DNA of 37,111 nt from Escherichia phage T7, in the sequence record MZ375256.1. One strand, 5' to 3'. Both the position numbers and the translations under genes were made by a program. A model generated the notes under the pieces. The model did not search any database. It saw only the letters and a list, made by a program, of their open reading frames with translations, and was not told the origin of the DNA. Of the stretch, positions 1-8,418 are shown piece after piece. Each line of letters opens with the position of its first letter. The stretch's first letter is position 1.

Positions 1-140
1 TCTCACAGTGTACGGACCTAAAGTTCCCCATAGGGGTACCTAAAGCCCAGCCAATCACCTAAAGTCAACCTTCGGTTGACCTTGAGGGTTCCCTAAGGGT
101 TTGTCTTTGGGTGTTACCTTGAGTGTCTCTCTGTGTCCCT
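1..140. repeat. Left direct terminal repeat (identical copy at 36972-37111)
   Basis: First 140 nt are repeated exactly at the last 140 nt of the window; T7-type terminal redundancy. Confidence 0.95.
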
Positions 141-154
141 ACCTGTAACAGTCT

Positions 155-318
155 CCTAAAGTATCCTCCTAAAGTCACCTCCTAACGTCCATCCTAAAGC
201 CAACACCTAAAGCCAACACCTAAAGACCCATCAAGTCAACGCCTATCTTAAAGTTTAAACATAAAGACCAGACCTAAAGACCAGACCTAAAGACACTACA
301 TAAAGACCAGACCTAAAG
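155..318. repeat. Array of short CCTAAAG-type repeats adjacent to the left terminal repeat
   Basis: Multiple spaced copies of cctaaag / acctaaag / ataaag visible between 155 and 318. Confidence 0.8.
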
Positions 319-367
319 ACGCCTTGTTGTTAGCCATAAAGTGATAACCTTTAATCATTGTCTTTAT

Positions 368-390
368 TAATACAACTCACTATAGGGAGA
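368..390 (+). promoter_or_regulatory. T7 RNAP promoter phiOL
   Basis: taatacaactcactatagggaga, one mismatch to the 23-bp T7 consensus. Confidence 0.8.
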
Positions 391-441
391 GACAACTTAA
401 AGAGACTTAAAAGATTAATTTAAAATTTATCAAAAAGAGTA

Positions 442-478
442 TTGACTTAAAGTCTAACCTATAGGATACTTACAGCCA
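442..478 (+). promoter_or_regulatory. Host sigma70 promoter A1
   Basis: -35 ttgact (442-447), 17-bp spacer, -10 gatact (465-470). Confidence 0.85.
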
Positions 479-568
479 TCGAGAGGGACACGGCGAATAG
501 CCATCCCAATCGACACCGGGGTCAACCGGATAAGTAGACAGCCTGATAAGTCGCACGAAAAACAGGTA

Positions 569-606
569 TTGACAACATGAAGTAACATGCAGTAAGATAC
601 AAATCG
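569..606 (+). promoter_or_regulatory. Host sigma70 promoter A2
   Basis: -35 ttgaca (569-574), 18-bp spacer, -10 taagat (593-598). Confidence 0.85.
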
Positions 607-693
607 CTAGGTAACACTAGCAGCGTCAACCGGGCGCACAGTGCCTTCTAGGTGACTTAAGCGCACCACGGCACATAAGGTGAAACAAAACGG

Positions 694-730
694 TTGACAA
701 CATGAAGTAAACACGGTACGATGTACCACA
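694..730 (+). promoter_or_regulatory. Host sigma70 promoter A3
   Basis: -35 ttgaca (694-699), 17-bp spacer, -10 tacgat (717-722). Confidence 0.85.
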
Positions 731-842
731 TGAAACGACAGTGAGTCACCACACTGAAAGGTGATGCGGTCTAACGAAACCTGACCTAAGACGCTCTTTA
801 ACAATCTGGTAAATAGCTCTTGAGTGCATGACTAGCGGATAA

Positions 843-876
843 CTCAAGGGTATCGCAAGGTGCCCTTTATGATATT
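843..876 (+). promoter_or_regulatory. RNase III processing hairpin R0.3
   Basis: aagggtatcgcaaggtgccctttatgat: inverted repeat plus the tttatgat motif shared with other copies. Confidence 0.6.
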
Positions 877-904
877 CACTAATAACTGCACGAGGTAACA
901 CAAG

Positions 905-1258
905 ATGGCTATGTCTAACATGACTTACAACAACGTTTTCGACCACGCTTACGAAATGCTGAAAGAAAACATCCGTTATGATGACATCCGTGACACTGAT
1001 GACCTGCACGATGCTATTCACATGGCTGCCGATAATGCAGTTCCGCACTACTACGCTGACATCTTTAGCGTAATGGCAAGTGAGGGCATTGACCTTGAGT
1101 TCGAAGACTCTGGTCTGATGCCTGACACCAAGGACGTAATCCGCATCCTGCAAGCGCGTATCTATGAGCAATTAACGATTGACCTCTGGGAAGACGCAGA
1201 AGACTTGCTCAATGAATACTTGGAGGAAGTCGAGGAGTACGAGGAGGATGAAGAGTAA
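905..1258 (+). CDS. 0.3: Ocr, DNA-mimic inhibitor of type I restriction-modification
   Basis: 117-aa ORF, acidic C-terminus, sequence recognisable as T7 gp0.3. Confidence 0.95.
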
Positions 1259-1389
1259 TGTCTACTACCAACGTGCAATACGGTCTGACCGCTCAAACTG
1301 TACTTTTCTATAGCGACATGGGGCGGCGTGGCATAGACGAAAGGAAAAGGTTAAAGCCAAGAAACTCGCCGCACTTGAACAGGCACTAG
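1258..1389 (+). pseudogene. 0.4: 43-codon fusion ORF: gene 0.4 N-terminus joined to residual 3' sequence of the 0.6 region
   Basis: ATG overlaps ocr stop (taATG); first 21 codons read [21 protein letters not shown] as in gp0.4, then unrelated tail; genes 0.5/0.6 absent. Confidence 0.55.
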
Positions 1390-1437
1390 CCAACACACTG
1401 AACGCTATCTCATAACGAACATAAAGGACACAATGCA

Positions 1438-2517
1438 ATGAACATTACCGACATCATGAACGCTATCGACGCAATCAAAGCACTGCCAATCTGTGAACTT
1501 GACAAGCGTCAAGGTATGCTTATCGACTTACTGGTCGAGATGGTCAACAGCGAGACGTGTGATGGCGAGCTAACCGAACTAAATCAGGCACTTGAGCATC
1601 AAGATTGGTGGACTACCTTGAAGTGTCTCACGGCTGACGCAGGGTTCAAGATGCTCGGTAATGGTCACTTCTCGGCTGCTTATAGTCACCCGCTGCTACC
1701 TAACAGAGTGATTAAGGTGGGCTTTAAGAAAGAGGATTCAGGCGCAGCCTATACCGCATTCTGCCGCATGTATCAGGGTCGTCCTGGTATCCCTAACGTC
1801 TACGATGTACAGCGCCACGCTGGATGCTATACGGTGGTACTTGACGCACTTAAGGATTGCGAGCGTTTCAACAATGATGCCCATTATAAATACGCTGAGA
1901 TTGCAAGCGACATCATTGATTGCAATTCGGATGAGCATGATGAGTTAACTGGATGGGATGGTGAGTTTGTTGAAACTTGTAAACTAATCCGCAAGTTCTT
2001 TGAGGGCATCGCCTCATTCGACATGCATAGCGGGAACATCATGTTCTCAAATGGAGACGTACCATACATCACCGACCCGGTATCATTCTCGCAGAAGAAA
2101 GACGGTGGCGCATTCAGCATCGACCCTGAGGAACTCATCAAGGAAGTCGAGGAAGTCGCACGACAGAAAGAAATTGACCGCGCTAAGGCCCGTAAAGAAC
2201 GTCACGAGGGGCGCTTAGAGGCACGCAGATTCAAACGTCGCAACCGCAAGGCACGTAAAGCACACAAAGCTAAGCGCGAAAGAATGCTTGCTGCGTGGCG
2301 ATGGGCTGAACGTCAAGAACGGCGTAACCATGAGGTAGCTGTAGATGTACTAGGAAGAACCAATAACGCTATGCTCTGGGTCAACATGTTCTCTGGGGAC
2401 TTTAAGGCGCTTGAGGAACGAATCGCGCTGCACTGGCGTAATGCTGACCGGATGGCTATCGCTAATGGTCTTACGCTCAACATTGATAAGCAACTTGACG
2501 CAATGTTAATGGGCTGA
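1438..2517 (+). CDS. 0.7: Ser/Thr protein kinase and host transcription shutoff protein
   Basis: 359-aa ORF, basic K/R-rich C-terminal half, T7 gp0.7. Confidence 0.95.
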
Positions 2518-2530
2518 TAGTCTTATCTTA

Positions 2531-2570
2531 CAGGTCATCTGCGGGTGGCCTGAATAGGTACGATTTACTA
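2531..2570 (+). promoter_or_regulatory. RNase III processing hairpin R1
   Basis: caggtcatctgcgggtggcctgaataggtacgat, related to the other hairpin copies. Confidence 0.45.
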
Positions 2571-2587
2571 ACTGGAAGAGGCACTAA

Positions 2588-5239
2588 ATGAACACGATTA
2601 ACATCGCTAAGAACGACTTCTCTGACATCGAACTGGCTGCTATCCCGTTCAACACTCTGGCTGACCATTACGGTGAGCGTTTAGCTCGCGAACAGTTGGC
2701 CCTTGAGCATGAGTCTTACGAGATGGGTGAAGCACGCTTCCGCAAGATGTTTGAGCGTCAACTTAAAGCTGGTGAGGTTGCGGATAACGCTGCCGCCAAG
2801 CCTCTCATCACTACCCTACTCCCTAAGATGATTGCACGCATCAACGACTGGTTTGAGGAAGTGAAAGCTAAGCGCGGCAAGCGCCCGACAGCCTTCCAGT
2901 TCCTGCAAGAAATCAAGCCGGAAGCCGTAGCGTACATCACCATTAAGACCACTCTGGCTTGCCTAACCAGTGCTGACAATACAACCGTTCAGGCTGTAGC
3001 AAGCGCAATCGGTCGGGCCATTGAGGACGAGGCTCGCTTCGGTCGTATCCGTGACCTTGAAGCTAAGCACTTCAAGAAAAACGTTGAGGAACAACTCAAC
3101 AAGCGCGTAGGGCACGTCTACAAGAAAGCATTTATGCGAGTTGTCGAGGCTGACATGCTCTCTAAGGGTCTACTCGGTGGCGAGGCGTGGTCTTCGTGGC
3201 ATAAGGAAGACTCTATTCATGTAGGAGTACGCTGCATCGAGATGCTCATTGAGTCAACCGGAATGGTTAGCTTACACCGCCAAAATGCTGGCGTAGTAGG
3301 TCAAGACTCTGAGACTATCGAACTCGCACCTGAATACGCTGAGGCTATCGCAACCCGTGCAGGTGCGCTGGCTGGCATCTCTCCGATGTTCCAACCTTGC
3401 GTAGTTCCTCCTAAGCCGTGGACTGGCATTACTGGTGGTGGCTATTGGGCTAACGGTCGTCGTCCTCTGGCGCTGGTGCGTACTCACAGTAAGAAAGCAC
3501 TGATGCGCTACGAAGACGTTTACATGCCTGAGGTGTACAAAGCGATTAACATTGCGCAAAACACCGCATGGAAAATCAACAAGAAAGTCCTAGCGGTCGC
3601 CAACGTAATCACCAAGTGGAAGCATTGTCCGGTCGAGGACATCCCTGCGATTGAGCGTGAAGAACTCCCGATGAAACCGGAAGACATCGACATGAATCCT
3701 GAGGCTCTCACCGCGTGGAAACGTGCTGCCGCTGCTGTGTACCGCAAGGACAAGGCTCGCAAGTCTCGCCGTATCAGCCTTGAGTTCATGCTTGAGCAAG
3801 CCAATAAGTTTGCTAACCATAAGGCCATCTGGTTCCCTTACAACATGGACTGGCGCGGTCGTGTTTACGCTGTGTCAATGTTCAACCCGCAAGGTAACGA
3901 TATGACCAAAGGACTGCTTACGCTGGCGAAAGGTAAACCAATCGGTAAGGAAGGTTACTACTGGCTGAAAATCCACGGTGCAAACTGTGCGGGTGTCGAT
4001 AAGGTTCCGTTCCCTGAGCGCATCAAGTTCATTGAGGAAAACCACGAGAACATCATGGCTTGCGCTAAGTCTCCACTGGAGAACACTTGGTGGGCTGAGC
4101 AAGATTCTCCGTTCTGCTTCCTTGCGTTCTGCTTTGAGTACGCTGGGGTACAGCACCACGGCCTGAGCTATAACTGCTCCCTTCCGCTGGCGTTTGACGG
4201 GTCTTGCTCTGGCATCCAGCACTTCTCCGCGATGCTCCGAGATGAGGTAGGTGGTCGCGCGGTTAACTTGCTTCCTAGTGAAACCGTTCAGGACATCTAC
4301 GGGATTGTTGCTAAGAAAGTCAACGAGATTCTACAAGCAGACGCAATCAATGGGACCGATAACGAAGTAGTTACCGTGACCGATGAGAACACTGGTGAAA
4401 TCTCTGAGAAAGTCAAGCTGGGCACTAAGGCACTGGCTGGTCAATGGCTGGCTTACGGTGTTACTCGCAGTGTGACTAAGCGTTCAGTCATGACGCTGGC
4501 TTACGGGTCCAAAGAGTTCGGCTTCCGTCAACAAGTGCTGGAAGATACCATTCAGCCAGCTATTGATTCCGGCAAGGGTCTGATGTTCACTCAGCCGAAT
4601 CAGGCTGCTGGATACATGGCTAAGCTGATTTGGGAATCTGTGAGCGTGACGGTGGTAGCTGCGGTTGAAGCAATGAACTGGCTTAAGTCTGCTGCTAAGC
4701 TGCTGGCTGCTGAGGTCAAAGATAAGAAGACTGGAGAGATTCTTCGCAAGCGTTGCGCTGTGCATTGGGTAACTCCTGATGGTTTCCCTGTGTGGCAGGA
4801 ATACAAGAAGCCTATTCAGACGCGCTTGAACCTGATGTTCCTCGGTCAGTTCCGCTTACAGCCTACCATTAACACCAACAAAGATAGCGAGATTGATGCA
4901 CACAAACAGGAGTCTGGTATCGCTCCTAACTTTGTACACAGCCAAGACGGTAGCCACCTTCGTAAGACTGTAGTGTGGGCACACGAGAAGTACGGAATCG
5001 AATCTTTTGCACTGATTCACGACTCCTTCGGTACCATTCCGGCTGACGCTGCGAACCTGTTCAAAGCAGTGCGCGAAACTATGGTTGACACATATGAGTC
5101 TTGTGATGTACTGGCTGATTTCTACGACCAGTTCGCTGACCAGTTGCACGAGTCTCAATTGGACAAAATGCCAGCACTTCCGGCTAAAGGTAACTTGAAC
5201 CTCCGTGACATCTTAGAGTCGGACTTCGCGTTCGCGTAA
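2588..5239 (+). CDS. 1: T7 DNA-directed RNA polymerase
   Basis: 883-aa ORF, recognisable as single-subunit T7 RNAP (starts MNTINIAKNDFSDIELAAIPFNTLADHYGERLAREQLALEHESYEMGEARFRKMFERQLK...). Confidence 0.98.
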   Translation: MNTINIAKNDFSDIELAAIPFNTLADHYGERLAREQLALEHESYEMGEARFRKMFERQLKAGEVADNAAAKPLITTLLPKMIARINDWFEEVKAKRGKRPTAFQFLQEIKPEAVAYITIKTTLACLTSADNTTVQAVASAIGRAIEDEARFGRIRDLEAKHFKKNVEEQLNKRVGHVYKKAFMRVVEADMLSKGLLGGEAWSSWHKEDSIHVGVRCIEMLIESTGMVSLHRQNAGVVGQDSETIELAPEYAEAIATRAGALAGISPMFQPCVVPPKPWTGITGGGYWANGRRPLALVRTHSKKALMRYEDVYMPEVYKAINIAQNTAWKINKKVLAVANVITKWKHCPVEDIPAIEREELPMKPEDIDMNPEALTAWKRAAAAVYRKDKARKSRRISLEFMLEQANKFANHKAIWFPYNMDWRGRVYAVSMFNPQGNDMTKGLLTLAKGKPIGKEGYYWLKIHGANCAGVDKVPFPERIKFIEENHENIMACAKSPLENTWWAEQDSPFCFLAFCFEYAGVQHHGLSYNCSLPLAFDGSCSGIQHFSAMLRDEVGGRAVNLLPSETVQDIYGIVAKKVNEILQADAINGTDNEVVTVTDENTGEISEKVKLGTKALAGQWLAYGVTRSVTKRSVMTLAYGSKEFGFRQQVLEDTIQPAIDSGKGLMFTQPNQAAGYMAKLIWESVSVTVVAAVEAMNWLKSAAKLLAAEVKDKKTGEILRKRCAVHWVTPDGFPVWQEYKKPIQTRLNLMFLGQFRLQPTINTNKDSEIDAHKQESGIAPNFVHSQDGSHLRKTVVWAHEKYGIESFALIHDSFGTIPADAANLFKAVRETMVDTYESCDVLADFYDQFADQLHESQLDKMPALPAKGNLNLRDILESDFAFA

Positions 5240-5247
5240 CGCCAAAT

Positions 5248-5270
5248 CAATACGACTCACTATAGAGGGA
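5248..5270 (+). promoter_or_regulatory. T7 promoter phi1.1A
   Basis: caatacgactcactatagaggga. Confidence 0.85.
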
Positions 5271-5274
5271 CAAA

Positions 5275-5309
5275 CTCAAGGTCATTCGCAAGAGTGGCCT
5301 TTATGATTG
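5275..5309 (+). promoter_or_regulatory. RNase III processing hairpin R1.1
   Basis: aaggtcattcgcaagagtggcctttatgatt. Confidence 0.6.
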
Positions 5310-5322
5310 ACCTTCTTCCGGT

Positions 5323-5345
5323 TAATACGACTCACTATAGGAGAA
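5323..5345 (+). promoter_or_regulatory. T7 promoter phi1.1B
   Basis: taatacgactcactataggagaa. Confidence 0.85.
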
Positions 5346-5423
5346 CCTTAAGGTTTAACTTTAAGACCCTTAAGTGTTAATTAGAGATTTAAATTAAAGA
5401 ATTACTAAGAGAGGACTTTAAGT

Positions 5424-5552
5424 ATGCGTAACTTCGAAAAGATGACCAAACGTTCTAACCGTAATGCTCGTGACTTCGAGGCAACCAAAGGTCGCAAGTT
5501 GAATAAGACTAAGCGTGACCGCTCTCACAAGCGTAGCTGGGAGGGTCAGTAA
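5424..5552 (+). CDS. 1.1: Gene 1.1 small basic protein, function unknown
   Basis: 42-codon ORF with RBS; MRNFEKMTKRSNRNARDFEATKGRKLNKTKRDRSHKRSWEGQ. Confidence 0.8.
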   Translation: MRNFEKMTKRSNRNARDFEATKGRKLNKTKRDRSHKRSWEGQ

Positions 5553-5553
5553 G

Positions 5554-5811
5554 ATGGGACGTTTATATAGTGGTAATCTGGCAGCATTCAAGGCAGCAAC
5601 AAACAAGCTGTTCCAGTTAGACTTAGCGGTCATTTATGATGACTGGTATGATGCCTATACAAGAAAAGATTGCATACGGTTACGTATTGAGGACAGGAGT
5701 GGAAACCTGATTGATACTAGCACCTTCTACCACCACGACGAGGACGTTCTGTTCAATATGTGTACTGATTGGTTGAACCATATGTATGACCAGTTGAAGG
5801 ACTGGAAGTAA
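5554..5811 (+). CDS. 1.2: Inhibitor of host dGTP triphosphohydrolase
   Basis: 85-aa ORF from MGRLYSGNLAAFK; the ORF track shows a longer upstream in-frame extension. Confidence 0.85.
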   Translation: MGRLYSGNLAAFKAATNKLFQLDLAVIYDDWYDAYTRKDCIRLRIEDRSGNLIDTSTFYHHDEDVLFNMCTDWLNHMYDQLKDWK

Positions 5812-5833
5812 TACGACTCAGTATAGGGACAAT
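5811..5833 (+). promoter_or_regulatory. T7 promoter phi1.3
   Basis: taatacgactcagtatagggaca, overlaps the gene 1.2 stop. Confidence 0.85.
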
Positions 5834-5836
5834 GCT

Positions 5837-5870
5837 TAAGGTCGCTCTCTAGGAGTGGCCTTAGTCATTT
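5837..5870 (+). promoter_or_regulatory. RNase III processing hairpin R1.3
   Basis: aaggtcgctctctaggagtggccttagtcat. Confidence 0.55.
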
Positions 5871-5891
5871 AACCAATAGGAGATAAACATT

Positions 5892-6971
5892 ATGATGAAC
5901 ATTAAGACTAACCCGTTTAAAGCCGTGTCTTTCGTAGAGTCTGCCATTAAGAAGGCTCTGGATAACGCTGGGTATCTTATCGCTGAAATCAAGTACGATG
6001 GTGTACGCGGGAACATCTGCGTAGACAATACTGCTAACAGTTACTGGCTCTCTCGTGTATCTAAAACGATTCCGGCACTGGAGCACTTAAACGGGTTTGA
6101 TGTTCGCTGGAAGCGTCTACTGAACGATGACCGTTGCTTCTACAAAGATGGCTTTATGCTTGATGGGGAACTCATGGTCAAGGGCGTAGACTTTAACACA
6201 GGGTCCGGCCTACTGCGTACCAAATGGACTGACACGAAGAACCAAGAGTTCCATGAAGAGTTATTCGTTGAACCAATCCGTAAGAAAGATAAAGTTCCCT
6301 TTAAGCTGCACACTGGACACCTTCACATAAAACTGTACGCTATCCTCCCGCTGCACATCGTGGAGTCTGGAGAAGACTGTGATGTCATGACGTTGCTCAT
6401 GCAGGAACACGTTAAGAACATGCTGCCTCTGCTACAGGAATACTTCCCTGAAATCGAATGGCAAGCGGCTGAATCTTACGAGGTCTACGATATGGTAGAA
6501 CTACAGCAACTGTACGAGCAGAAGCGAGCAGAAGGCCATGAGGGTCTCATTGTGAAAGACCCGATGTGTATCTATAAGCGCGGTAAGAAATCTGGCTGGT
6601 GGAAAATGAAACCTGAGAACGAAGCTGACGGTATCATTCAGGGTCTGGTATGGGGTACAAAAGGTCTGGCTAATGAAGGTAAAGTGATTGGTTTTGAGGT
6701 GCTTCTTGAGAGTGGTCGTTTAGTTAACGCCACGAATATCTCTCGCGCCTTAATGGATGAGTTCACTGAGACAGTAAAAGAGGCCACCCTAAGTCAATGG
6801 GGATTCTTTAGCCCATACGGTATTGGCGACAACGATGCTTGTACTATTAACCCTTACGATGGCTGGGCGTGTCAAATTAGCTACATGGAGGAAACACCTG
6901 ATGGCTCTTTGCGGCACCCATCGTTCGTAATGTTCCGTGGCACCGAGGACAACCCTCAAGAGAAAATGTAA
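5892..6971 (+). CDS. 1.3: ATP-dependent DNA ligase
   Basis: 359-aa ORF with the ligase adenylation motif KYDGVRG. Confidence 0.95.
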   Translation: MMNIKTNPFKAVSFVESAIKKALDNAGYLIAEIKYDGVRGNICVDNTANSYWLSRVSKTIPALEHLNGFDVRWKRLLNDDRCFYKDGFMLDGELMVKGVDFNTGSGLLRTKWTDTKNQEFHEELFVEPIRKKDKVPFKLHTGHLHIKLYAILPLHIVESGEDCDVMTLLMQEHVKNMLPLLQEYFPEIEWQAAESYEVYDMVELQQLYEQKRAEGHEGLIVKDPMCIYKRGKKSGWWKMKPENEADGIIQGLVWGTKGLANEGKVIGFEVLLESGRLVNATNISRALMDEFTETVKEATLSQWGFFSPYGIGDNDACTINPYDGWACQISYMEETPDGSLRHPSFVMFRGTEDNPQEKM

Positions 6972-6978
6972 TCACACT

Positions 6979-7010
6979 GGCTCACCTTCGGGTGGGCCTT
7001 TCTGCGTTTA
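6979..7010 (+). terminator. Early terminator TE (host RNAP, rho-independent)
   Basis: GC-rich hairpin ggctcaccttcgggtgggcc followed by a T-rich tract. Confidence 0.85.
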
Positions 7011-7021
7011 TAAGGAGACAC

Positions 7022-7044
7022 TTTTACGACTCACTAAAGGAGGT
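7022..7044 (+). promoter_or_regulatory. T7 promoter phi1.5, 5' end altered at the gene 1.4 deletion junction
   Basis: tttacgactcactaaaggaggta: positions -17 to -15 read ttt instead of taa. Confidence 0.7.
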
Positions 7045-7051
7045 ACACACC

Positions 7052-7141
7052 ATGATGTACTTAATGCCATTACTCATCGTCATTGTAGGATGCCTTGCGC
7101 TCCACTGTAGCGATGATGATATGCCAGATGGTCACGCTTAA
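7052..7141 (+). CDS. 1.5: Gene 1.5 small protein
   Basis: 29-codon ORF MMYLMPLLIVIVGCLALHCSDDDMPDGHA with RBS aggagg. Confidence 0.7.
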   Translation: MMYLMPLLIVIVGCLALHCSDDDMPDGHA

Positions 7142-7161
7142 TACGACTCACTAAAGGAGAC
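7139..7161 (+). promoter_or_regulatory. T7 promoter phi1.6
   Basis: taatacgactcactaaaggagac. Confidence 0.85.
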
Positions 7162-7166
7162 ACTAT

Positions 7167-7427
7167 ATGTTTCGACTTCATTACAACAAAAGCGTTAAGA
7201 ATTTCACGGTTCGCCGTGCTGACCGTTCAATCGTATGTGCGAGCGAGCGCCGAGCTAAGATACCTCTTATTGGTAACACAGTTCCTTTGGCACCGAGCGT
7301 CCACATCATTATCACCCGTGGTGACTTTGAGAAAGCAATAGACAAGAAACGTCCGGTTCTTAGTGTGGCAGTGACCCGCTTCCCGTTCGTCCGTCTGTTA
7401 CTCAAACGAATCAAGGAGGTGTTCTGA
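7167..7427 (+). CDS. 1.6: Gene 1.6 protein
   Basis: 86-aa ORF. Confidence 0.85.
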
Positions 7428-8009
7428 TGGGACTGTTAGATGGTGAAGCCTGGGAAAAAGAAAACCCGCCAGTACAAGCAACTGGGTGTATAGCTTGCTT
7501 AGAGAAAGATGACCGTTATCCACACACCTGTAACAAAGGAGCTAACGATATGACCGAACGTGAACAAGAGATGATCATTAAGTTGATAGACAATAATGAA
7601 GGTCGCCCAGATGATTTGAATGGCTGCGGTATTCTCTGCTCCAATGTCCCTTGCCACCTCTGCCCCGCAAATAACGATCAAAAGATAACCTTAGGTGAAA
7701 TCCGAGCGATGGACCCACGTAAACCACATCTGAATAAACCTGAGGTAACTCCTACAGATGACCAGCCTTCCGCTGAGACAATCGAAGGTGTCACTAAGCC
7801 TTCCCACTACATGCTGTTTGACGACATTGAGGCTATCGAAGTGATTGCTCGTTCAATGACCGTTGAGCAGTTCAAGGGATACTGCTTCGGTAACATCTTA
7901 AAGTACAGACTACGTGCTGGTAAGAAGTCAGAGTTAGCGTACTTAGAGAAAGACCTAGCGAAAGCAGACTTCTATAAAGAACTCTTTGAGAAACATAAGG
8001 ATAAATGTT

Positions 8010-8017
<8 letters not shown>
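7427..8017 (+). CDS. 1.7: Nucleotide kinase gp1.7
   Basis: 196-aa ORF. Confidence 0.9.
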
Positions 8018-8350
<333 letters not shown>

Positions 8351-8353
<3 letters not shown>

Positions 8354-8373
8354 TACGACTCACTATTAGGGAA
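8351..8373 (+). promoter_or_regulatory. T7 promoter phi2.5
   Basis: taatacgactcactattagggaa. Confidence 0.85.
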
Positions 8374-8418
8374 GACTCCCTCTGAGAAACCAAACGAAAC
8401 CTAAAGGAGATTAACATT

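Larger units (their letters stand above)
5248..5420 (+). other. Primary replication origin region (phi1.1A/phi1.1B plus downstream AT-rich segment)
   Basis: Tandem promoters followed by AT-rich tract ttaattagagatttaaattaaagaatt; role assigned from established T7 biology. Confidence 0.5.

Noticed and set aside
3137-3139. Possible amino-acid substitution in T7 RNA polymerase (Arg at codon 184 in ...KKAFMRVVEADM..., where I half-recall Gln)
   Set aside because: My recall of the reference residue is not reliable enough; it needs alignment to a reference RNAP sequence before it can be called a variant. If real it would be worth relating to the phi10 +1 change.
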